From Antedon mediterranea (taxonomy: Eukaryota; Animalia; Echinodermata), in the NCBI RefSeq assembly GCF_964355755.1, contig NC_092676.1:2857788-2921787 (forward strand): 64,000 nucleotides of DNA. Reading direction: 5' to 3'. Both the position numbers and the translations under genes were made by a program. Position 1 is the stretch's first letter. Each line of letters begins with the position of its first letter. Positions 54,301-64,000 of the stretch are shown here, piece after piece. A model generated the notes under the pieces. That model worked only from the letters and a program-made list of their open reading frames with translations. It ran no database searches and was not told where the DNA came from.

Positions 54301-57300
54301 TTCTTTCGCAACTCATTCGTAGCAAAGACATGGTCGTTAAGTAACTTGTACCATTGTTGTTCAATCTAAAATAAAAATTAATTACAAATTACTATTACTA
54401 ACTAACTAACAAAAACTATAAAACACTTTTTTGTCAAACCAGTTTGATAGTGTAGACAATCATGTAAGGATTTCGTAAAAGAATTTACAAACATTTTTAA
54501 AAGTAGAAAAGACATTTTACCTGCCCTGCCCCAATAACATATGTAATCTTAGGATCGACTGGTTCCCAAGAATGCCGTACTCTGAGGCGCGTAGTGGCCA
54601 TCAATAACTCATCCAACGCACCTACACGATTATCTAACGCTATCCGCATACCACGTAACAGCTAGCAGAAAAGACGAGTACATCAATTCAACATTTATTT
54701 AAAAAAATCATCATCATCATCAAAACAGAAAATGTAAACAAAATCATACATTTAAAGATAAATAAGGTAAATAATACGGACTACATTTTTTAGGAATTTA
54801 ATTAGAAGTAAAAATACTTGTAAACAGTAAAGTAAATAAAAACTCACTTTTTTATTCATACTAAGTTTTCTGGAATTTTATTTTATACTGTTAAAATATT
54901 GATGATTTTGGCAAAAGTCCATTGGGTTTTTACAAGTAAAATCATTTTTTGTTGTTAATTTAACTCTACTATTTTGTTGTCATGCTTTGGCGGACAATAC
55001 ATCTTTAAGAATTATAAGCTGGCCCTAGATTTGTTTTGATTGATTTTCTAACATTTTGTTAAAGGTTTAACCAAAATGTATCACCTTATATTCTTTCCTG
55101 TAGGATTCTAATGTTTCAATGTGAACCGTTCCTTCTTTGACAAGGTAGTCACTCACAACATTCTTGCAACATGACAGCAACGTACGCAGAATGCGTTCAA
55201 CCTCATTCATAGCCCAGGTTCCTTGCTGTTTTTTCAACTCTCTCCCATTAACCTTTTTATTTCTAAGAGAAACGAAACATATGACAATATAAATAAGATA
55301 ATCCATCTACAATCATCCTTAAGCCTATTTTCCACTAGGGCGAACTTTTTCTCGTGAATCGTAAGCGCGAGCTTTTATGCATGCGTATTCATGTTTCCAT
55401 CTTCCAAATCTCTCTCTACACATGCGTATTAGCTGAAACCTTTGATTCGCCTAGTGAAGAAATCAGCTTTAGAGTGGCATATAGCAGTTAAAACTAATAG
55501 TAGTCACTGTGTTGTGCGCTGAACCGTGAAATACCATAGTTTCCTTCGTGCCATAGTTCGAATCCCATCTCCGCTCTTTGTTAGTTCCAACTTGCGACTT
55601 GGAATAAACGTATATCTTTCAGATGGTCATGCGTACAACATGGCTCATTTGCATGTTAAAGAACGCAATACATGCTTCGAACAAGAGAAGGGGATCATCT
55701 CCTGGTGTTCTGACCAATTTACCAGCAGAAGGATCCTACTGGAACCAAGTCTAAAGATCTGTCTACACTATCAAACTATTTTGACAAAAAAAATTTGATA
55801 TGCCTAAACATGGTAGTGATATGCCCAAATATGGTAGTGATATGACATCATCTTGCTCATATATGGGCACATCACATAAGTTTAATAATGCGGACAGAGC
55901 TTAAAGACTTAGTGGGTTATCCTCGGTGTGCAATAACAATAACAAACAAACTATAAAAGAATTTAACAAGCTTTAAAAAACTGAGCTGAGCTACTTACGT
56001 ATTACTAAAAGCAAAAAGCAGGACTTGATAGTCATCAAACACAGTGTCTGCTACACAAAAGGGACATCTGTAAAATACGATAAATTATTAAAATTTTTTT
56101 TTGTTAAAGTTAAAATGTAAATTACTGAAATAACAATGTTGTGTAATTGAAAAAAAAATGCGAAAACGCTCTATTCTATAATATAAATCGGCGAGTCACA
56201 TAAGGCAAATTACTGGAAAATGACAATACTGTGGGAGATAAAAAATAAAATAAGCAGAAAGCTATTAAAATCAAAACGATAAAGTAATAAAACAGCCAAC
56301 AAAAACACTAGCCCTTCATCAGTACAAGTGAGAGTACTGGGAAGGTTTTTTGTTTTATCGCAGTAATAATAAAAATAAGCAAATTAATATAGAAAACTAG
56401 TACACCAGGCTAATCCCCTATGTGTCTTGAACACTCGATGGCTACGTATTCAGTTCCACAGTTCCACTGTCTTAACCGCTCGGTTACTCAATTGCTCAAT
56501 ATATATATAGATACAACCAATAACCACCCGTACTTACGTCTTTTTAGGCTTATCATCTCTTCGATGGCATTCAACACACTGCTGTATCAATTGATCAGTG
56601 GGTTCACAGTTGAGGCTATCGATGGTTTCACACACTACCAATCGTTTCTCTTTCAATAAATCCAGATGACGAACAACGAGAAACTGAAGACCAGACAGGT
56701 CCCTAAATCTGAAAAAAAAAACACAAACAAATCATATAAATAGATTGTAACAAGAGGCCACCTTCAGGACCCAGCGAAGAGTAAGTGGCCGAGCGGTTAA
56801 GACAGTGGAATCGTAATTACGTAGCCTTAACATCGGCAAGGGTTCGAGGCTCACTTGCTCTGTGGTTCTGGTGGTAGAACGAGCCTTCTCGGACAAGGAC
56901 TATAAACTGTAACTTGAACAATACCATGAAAGTCCCAGTGGTCTAATGGTTAGGACATCTGCATATCAAGCAGAAGGCTCCGGGTTCTAATCTCAGTTGG
57001 GGAGAACTTTTTCTTATTCTCACAGATTTCCACATCTTATCATTTAAAATTATATATATCACAGGGAACTTTAGAATTCATGTTCTGTGCCTGTTGTGTT
57101 TCTCTTATGTCTGTAAATTTACTACATATAAATTTGTGGTTTTCTGTCAATATCATCATTTAACTGTTTTCACGACTCACACAATATATAGCGGTCTAGT
57201 TTTGTGAAGGAGTGATATTGTTTTAAGCATCAACATGCAGTGTCCGTAAGCGCTAACTGTATACAGTCAATAGCTACCATGTGATCTGTATCATGGTTAT

Positions 57301-60300
57301 AAGTACAAGTATTCCATACGTAGTCAGTTGAAATGTATCTTGGCGTATTGGATAAATTTCATGGTATATGCTAGGCTTACCTGTTGACTATGCTGACAAC
57401 ACCAACAGTAGCATTGGCCTCTAAATCTGTTTTTATCTTATTCGTGATCAAATCTTCTAACTCAAGTTCTTGGAACAAGTAAATGGCGTCTATCCACCAA
57501 TTAGAATCAATTGTAACCTAATTAATGGAATAATAATTCTCGGAGAGTCAGTATATCTAGTATGAACAAAATACACATTTCAGAACAACGATTGTAAAGC
57601 GTGGTTCCCACTAGCGACGCAACACAAGGACGTAACGCAATGCAAGTGAATTGACCAATCACAAGCGATGGCTTATTCGCTTGTGATTGCTAACTGTCTA
57701 TAACTTCGCTTGTCATTGGTTAAAATGCTTGCGTTGCGTTTACGTCCTTGCGTTACGTTCTAGTGGGAACCAAGCTTTAATATGAATGATAGTTTGTTTA
57801 GTGGAAACCAGTAAAACTCTACCTTACGTTTCAAGACAGTTTATTTTAGCTATCAGCTTGACTTCTTCAGTTGCTGATAGCTAGAAGAAACTGTCTTGAA
57901 ACGTAAGGTAAAGTTGTTTTGTTTTGTTTTATTTTGACTTAATTTGTGCTACTTAGTTTTGTTATTTTTGTATTTTATAAGTAATGATGGAGTAAGAGCA
58001 GTTTTCTGTTTGGGCTCATGCCTATTACTTGCTCCTGGCAAGATGAATTGTAAAATGTACTTTATGAACTTTTGCCGAATAAATATTATTATTATTATTA
58101 TTATTATATTAATATACCAATAGAAAATGTTTTCACTGTAAATATAAAGCTCTGTCTACACTATCAAACTAGTTTAACAAAAAAAAGTGTGATGTGCCCA
58201 AATATGGTAGTGATATGACATCATCATGTCCATATATGGGCACATCACATTTATTATCACATAAAGTTTGATAGTATAGACAGAGCTTAAGTATGAAGAT
58301 GTTTAACCTGTGAGGCCAAGTCTTGTAACGTTTCTTGCATAAGCTTCAAGTTTTCTTCCGCACTGGTCACTTTCACTAATGCTTTAGCCATATACCCATC
58401 ATGTATTTCAGATGCCTGAAATATAAACAAACTTCATTAATATTGAAACGTGGCAGGCTATGGGCACTTGACCTTTCACACGATTGCCTAAAATTTATTA
58501 ATTTAAAATCTCCTTGCTTTTCTTCTTTATATCCAAATTATCTTAAAACTATACTAACAAATATTACTGTTATATTATATCAACACTAATGACATAATTT
58601 CATAAAATGTTCTCATTCTTCATAACATTTTTTAAACTAAAAGTTGTGCCAAGTCATTTCTCGGGTTCATTCTATGGTCACTGTACAGATAGGCTACTAC
58701 ATCATTACTTTTATGAATGAATGGCTAGTTGGTGACAAGAACGCTAGTTGATCAAACCCACTTTATGATCATTCAGGAAAACACCTCACGACATAATAAA
58801 AACATATTATTAGTTGTCTACAGTTTGGAGTAGGCCCTCTACAGATCAACCACAGGTGAGTTCTTTTTTATGTTCACTTACCCTCTCTTTTAATTGGTCA
58901 TCTCGCAGCGTAGGGTGAACGCCCGCTGGTTTGGTATCCAGCAGCTTATGCAAGTTGACCATAGCGTGGTACAACTGTAACTTATCTGTTCGCAACTTGT
59001 CTTTAAATTCGTCCGACGATCGTAGTACTTCACGGTATTTCTCAACTGCTTCAACAATCTACAGTAATAATATTATTTATTAAACATTGCTTATGTTTAT
59101 TTCTTTTCTTTTTTTCTTTCTTTTATTCAATTTTACAAACTTCATAAATAATACAAGTTATGTGAAACAATGATAACAGGTATCATAGTAATAAACAATA
59201 AGGTAATCAAACTAATCATTACTGAAATAGGCAAAAGTAGGTTAGTTTTGCTAATTTTTTTGTTTTTCGAAAAGAATTACTAATTCATGAATATCCAAAA
59301 CAAAGCATTTTTAATGATAGTTATCACTGCAAGAAAACAAAAACTTTCCCAGTACAACTATGCTCATTTTGATACCCCATCTGTATATGATACTGTACAT
59401 GCTTGTGTACAACAAATATACATCACAACTCCTAATATAGATAGAACAATTATTTTAAAAAGTAGTAATATTATTATTGATTACAAATTGCTTAAGTTTA
59501 CTCAAACTAATTATTACTGCGAGATAACAAAAACCTTCCCAGTACAACTGTTTTCATTTTCAACTTTTTTGTTACTTTTTTTAGGAGCCTAGGTGTAAAG
59601 CTTTATACTTATATAAATTTCCTTTCACACATACTATGTTTTTATTAATTAATAGACAGGTTTCGCAATCTTACGAATACGATAACGAAAACGGATACGT
59701 CACGCACACGTATTCGTTTTCGTAAGCCATAAAAAAATCTGTTTCGCATGGCAACGAAATATTGAGGCGCGTCCAAAATATGACGCAGGTACGTGTTGCT
59801 TGGCTGCCTAGGCCTAGCGTAACATCAAAGCGAGTGAGGACTTTAAAAACTGCTATTTATCTAAATTGACCTGGCATTTTAGTAAATTACTTTAGTAAAT
59901 TACTTTCAATAAATCTATAATTATATTATAATCATGAATCATTCCTAATTCAAATGCAAAATGTGCAAAATAGATCAAAAACTATACTCGTTTTGTAGTT
60001 ACGAATATGACTGGTGATATTCGTCAGAACACGAATACGCTTTACGAATATGAAATGGGGATCAGCTCAAAAGTTTCACAAATGTATGACGTATCCGTTT
60101 TCGTTATCGTATTCCTAAGGTTGCGAAACCTCCCTATTATCGTACATGTTTATATAATTATTATTTTATGTATTTTTAATATGTGTGAAGAATATTTATT
60201 GAATATTGAATAAACGAATTGAATTGAAAAACAAAGATACCTCAGATTTCATAATATGGACAGCTGCCAGGCCGTTGAGGGAGCACACCAACTGACGATG

Positions 60301-63300
60301 GCACTCTTCACTTTCAATCTTCGCCTTTTCTTGCAGTGAAACCAGAAGTTGATCCATTGTGAGATAATCTTTCTGAAGTGGGATGAACTGACCACGGACG
60401 GCTTGCGGATGACAACAGGCTTGACGTAATCGCAGCAAAGGGTTCATGAGCTTTTGAACAGTGTCTCTGTCAACGTCGCATAGTTTGGTCTTTAGATCTG
60501 TGTTCCTTAGGTTATGTAATGCCTGAAATATTATAAGAAACAAACAAATTAAACAAATATGTTTAAAAAAACTGTACCATTTTGATTTCACAGCCAATCT
60601 AGAAATTATTTCATGGAAATATGTACAATCTGAATATTTAATGAACTATTCATGTCATCATAAATTTGATCAGATACAACTCGCAATTTTAAATAAAGCT
60701 TAAACATTTTCAAAAAATATATCTCCAATCTTTCATCAACTAAAAGTCTAAACTAAAGGTTTGAGGTCCATTAGTCACCAACAAATTGACAATTAATCAG
60801 TACTTTCAATCAAGTTGGTATCATGAATACTAATTGATTAAACCCACTGTTTGATTTTAGGACCATTCAAGAAATAATATTTTTTTTTTAAACAATACTA
60901 ACCCACATAAATCGGCCACTACAATCGCTGTGCTGCTTCTTATAGAAATGTTGCTCAACCGGTGAAAATTTCAACCAATGTCGCTCCTCTGTCTGCGGTG
61001 GAAGGTTGATCTGCAGAGAAAAGGAATGTCATGTCTAAAAGGTAATTACAGTACAGTAAATTGGATATAAGCAACTTCTTAATCAACAGTTAACTTACTT
61101 GGTCAATTACATCTTAAACCAGTTAACTTACTTGGTCAATTACATCTTAAACCAATTAACTTACTTGGTCAATTGCATCTTAAACCAGTTAACTTACTTG
61201 ATCAATAACATCTTTCTTTGATGTTCGCCAAAGGACTTCTGCAACAGCTTCTTGTATAGGTCTTGTCTTTCCCAAATAGAATGGACGGCAAAGTAACTGA
61301 TCCCACCAACATTTAACCCAATATGGCTCAACTCCAATAAACAACAACAGACCATAAAGATCTAAAACAGAATTATGATTAACTGAATTGTAACTAAATT
61401 TAAATTTGGGTGAACAAAATCTCAGGGTAGGATAAAATATTTCAGTACATGGAGTTGTACTAGAGGGGTTTAAGTGTAGTTAAAACTAGGTGGAACATTT
61501 TGAAATAAGCCAGGCTGAAAGGAATTGTAATTTGTTCTATAAACTTACCATCCATACTACGTTGTATAGGAGTTCCAGTGATGCACCATCTGTTTACAGC
61601 TTTTAAGCGCAATGCCATCTCAGCAGACTACAAGTAAACAGTACTGTATATTCAAATGAACGAGTAAACATTCCAATAAAAAGCTTTTAATCTTTTTAAT
61701 GCTAAGATCAATGCCCTCTATATACTTCACACTAAGCCCGGATTGTGGTCCGATGGTCGGTTAAAATTTATAAAAACACTCACTGATGCATGCCCCAGAT
61801 TTTTCTAGTCACTGGACTAAATACAGACGCGGTGCGAACTTAGCATAACCTGTTTAGCTTGAAAGATTATTACAACCCACCGCAGCTCCATCTTCTAAAC
61901 CCTCTCCGGCCAGCCTTACCCCTTTAGCATCTACCCTTGCTATCCAGGCTAGCATTTGTTAGCTACATCCCTTATACTCTTACCTTAGCTGTTGGTGACT
62001 CAATCATTTGCGCTTCATCCAGGCACACTCTCCACCATTCCACAAACGGCAAGGGGCTAGGTGTCGCCATGTAACGCTTAGCATGCCGAAGCTTACGTCC
62101 TGCATTATCTTTAAAAAGCAACAAACATTCTTGCTACATTCTTTGTATATATGTCTTTTTTATTTTATACAAAAGAAAATTTGTTTCTAAGTTTTCTGTA
62201 TCAGTGTATATATCTTTCAAATGTATGCTTTTATTTTTCTGTATATATGTTATACCTTTTCTTTACTTTTAAACCTGGACCATTTTAAAAGTAGTACTAC
62301 ATTACTGAATATGCAATCCAGTCAAAAGAAAACAGAAAAATATATAAATGTTTGTTTATTACAGTAGTCTAAATGTGTTATAAAAAAAATGCGGAATATT
62401 TATGGAGAGAATATAACTTGAAAGATGGCCTGGTTTAACAAAGAGGACTTATTTACCATTACAGTGAGGTAGATCAACATAGTGTAGTTCTGAGCTCAAC
62501 TTATCATATGTTGTCAGCACTATGTCATAGGATGCCAACTCTTTTGGTTGAATATAACCATGCTTCTTGATTCCTTTGTACACCTAATAACAAAAGAAGA
62601 AACGCAAAAACAACTGCAATTTGAGATATGTAAAATAGTATAAATAACCACGGCAGGATGCTCTGGAGATCAAAGGGTTTATCTGTGGCTGCGACACGAT
62701 CAGTTCCATGCTCCGTAACAGACACCGCATGCTGCAGAGATTTTGTCCATAGTACAGTACTGTTGGTATTTGTCACAGCCAGACATAAGATCAAAGAACT
62801 GTTAAGAGTTCCTATCTTGGCAAGGCTAGTTTAGTGTCCTGTTGTTGCCTTGAACTAACAGAGGCTAAATAATGCAATCTGTTGTGACAACAAGTTCTAG
62901 GGTGTTTGGTTCAAATCTGTGCAACCCTGTTTAAAAAATGAAATATCAAGGGGAATTGGGACTTGCTTCCTTGCTTGATACCAGGCTCCGCAGCTAACCA
63001 ATATGCATACCCTATGACCTACAAGGTTGAGGTTACACAAGAAATACACATAAGAATCGGAGGTCCTCAGTGTCTCTTCTTGTTTTGGAGTGCACACTAT
63101 CTGAAAAAAGAATTTGATGGCACGTAGCGAGTGGCCGAGCGGTTAAGACAGTGGAACCGTAATCACGTAGCCATAACATCGGCAGGGGTTCGAGGCTCAC
63201 TCACTCCATGGTTCTGGTGGTAGAACGAGTCTTCTCGGATAAGGACTATAAACCGTAGGTCCAGTGTGCACAACTTGCTCGTGTGCACTTTAAAGAACCT

Positions 63301-63569
63301 AGTACATCTTTCGAGATGAGTAGGGGGTTACCCCAGTGTATTAGTACATCACAGCCACTGATCACCAACTGGGCCCTCTGGGAGATCAGTCTTTGACTGA
63401 AGAGGTTACCCAGTATAAAGATAAAACAAACAAACAAACAAACAAAGAAACCAATACTTACCAACATCTTAATTGCGGAGAGATTCACATGGCGGTTGAT
63501 CTCATCTACCCACTGGTGGCATATGGCTGCTGGTGTGACAATTAGAGTAGCAGACGATTTTACTGCATC
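51094..63569 (-). CDS. SHPRH: SNF2 histone-linker PHD RING helicase / E3 ubiquitin ligase, 3' 20 exons; 5' part lies beyond the window
   Basis: Phase-consistent exons 63569-63462, 62583-62457, 62108-61984, 61627-61549, 61361-61198, 61010-60903, 60522-60241, 59058-58882, 58415-58308, 57517-57381, 56708-56538, 56067-55999, 55262-55085, 54661-54521, 54365-54189, 53642-53448, 52782-52690, 52160-51889, 51644-51564 and 51442-51094. Motifs: [65 protein letters not shown] and [26 protein letters not shown]. Confidence 0.95.
52221..52460 (-). mobile_element. L2-like retroelement 3' end with a structured GC-rich segment
   Basis: The minus strand ends GAGCGCATCGATAC..AGCATTATATAAATCTATTATTATTAT, an L2-type tail. 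Nested stems lie upstream. Confidence 0.45.
53700..54010 (-). mobile_element. L2/CR1 LINE 3' fragment (short related tail at ~47815-47915)
   Basis: APEIWNQLP...LKTHLF, then a CGCTGTGAGACTCTGGTAAAGA..TATAAG tail. Confidence 0.65.
55470..55940 (+). mobile_element. Diverged Deu/Nin-type SINE interrupted by a Harbinger MITE A copy (55755-55901)
   Basis: B box GTTCGAATCCC at ~55557; GTTAAAGAAC..GAGAAGGGG..CCTGGTGT core; MITE TIRs inside. Confidence 0.55.
56770..56912 (+). mobile_element. 5' half of the Deu/Nin SINE
   Basis: GTGGCCGAGCGGTTAAGACAGTGGAA..GGGTTCGAGGCTCAC matches 63130-63255. Confidence 0.85.
56933..57004 (+). pseudogene. tRNA-Glu/Asp-like pseudogene or SINE head
   Basis: TCCCAGTGGTCTAATGGTTAGGAC; anticodon arm TCTGC-ATATCAA-GCAGA; mutated T-loop GGTTCTAATC. 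Confidence 0.55.
57598..57776. mobile_element. Harbinger MITE family B, complete copy
   Basis: TAA|AGCGTGGTTCCCACTAG...CTAGTGGGAACCAAGCT|TTA with long internal palindromy. Confidence 0.88.
57814..57915. repeat. Near-perfect ~100-bp inverted repeat
   Basis: ACCTTACGTTTCAAGACAGTTTATTTTAGCTATCAGC / GCTGATAGCTAGAAGAAACTGTCTTGAAACGTAAGGT. Confidence 0.9.
58148..58287. mobile_element. Harbinger MITE family A, complete copy with TAA target duplication (others at ~54421-54458, 63619-63771, ~63864-64000)
   Basis: TAA|AGCTCTGTCTACACTATCAAACT...AGTTTGATAGTATAGACAGAGCT|TAA. Confidence 0.9.
59654..60135. mobile_element. MITE with ~48-bp TIRs flanked by AT (ISL2EU/Harbinger-like by inference)
   Basis: AT|AGACAGGTTTCGCAATCTTACGAATACGATAACGAAAACGGATACGTCA...TGACGTATCCGTTTTCGTTATCGTATTCCTAAGGTTGCGAAACCTCCCT|AT. 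Confidence 0.85.
61083..61213. repeat. 33-bp tandem repeat (~4 copies) of an SHPRH exon end plus 5' splice site
   Basis: Unit CAGTTAACTTACTTGGTCAATTACATCTTAAAC. Confidence 0.9.
63118..63450 (+). mobile_element. Full-length tRNA-head SINE with Deu/Nin core domain
   Basis: A box TGGCCGAGCGG, B box GGTTCGAGGC, core TAAACCGTAGGTCC..TTAAAGAACC..GAGTAGGGGGTTACCCCAGTGT and an (AAAC)n tail. Confidence 0.88.
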
Positions 63570-64000
63570 CTGGAAAGAGATAACATCATTTCTTAAAATT
63601 GGAACATTTTCAATGTAAAGCCTTGTCTACACTAAGTGACAAATGTGATGTGCCCATATATGGACATGATGATGTCATATCACTACCATATTTAAGCATA
63701 TCATTACCATACTTGGGCACATCAACAGCAACATTTTTTTTGTCAAACTAGTTTGATAATGTAGACAGAGCATGATAAAATGATTATTATATTCTAAATG
63801 TGATTAACAATATTTATTTCTTCGTCAAAATGAAAAGATTAAAAAAATTATTATATGTATTTGGTCTACACTTTTAAAATTTACGTGTATGTGATGTGCC
63901 CATACATGAATATGTAATATCACGAATATGTAATATCACTACCACATTTGGCCATATCACCACCATATTTGGGCACATCACACTTTTTTTGTCAAAGTAG

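Noticed and set aside
56933-57004. Functional tRNA-Asp(ATC)
   Set aside because: Mutated T-loop, non-canonical anticodon loop and imperfect acceptor stem; adjoins a SINE fragment.
59059-60240. Second U12 intron in SHPRH (donor GTATCTTTG)
   Set aside because: No TCCTTAAC-like branch point before the acceptor, so probably U2.

Overview
AT-rich animal genomic DNA with spliceosomal introns; repeat content (Deu/Nin-domain SINEs, Harbinger and Kolobok MITEs) suggests a non-arthropod marine invertebrate, possibly a deuterostome, which is an inference. The first ~26 kb is repeat-rich and nearly gene-free apart from one candidate coding exon. Next come a frameshifted 5'-truncated LINE (26.5-29.2 kb) and four genes whose exons I spliced by hand. 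(1) A 7-exon, 713-aa arthropod-type hemocyanin/prophenoloxidase-like type-3 copper protein (- strand) with a signal peptide, an RNKR furin-type site and all six copper His. (2) TAB2/3 (- strand). (3) CHMP1B (+ strand), head-to-head with TAB2/3, with a U12-type first intron. (4) The 3' 20 exons of SHPRH (- strand), with a repeat-derived C-terminal tail. The secreted hemocyanin/PPO-like gene is the strongest candidate for something new.
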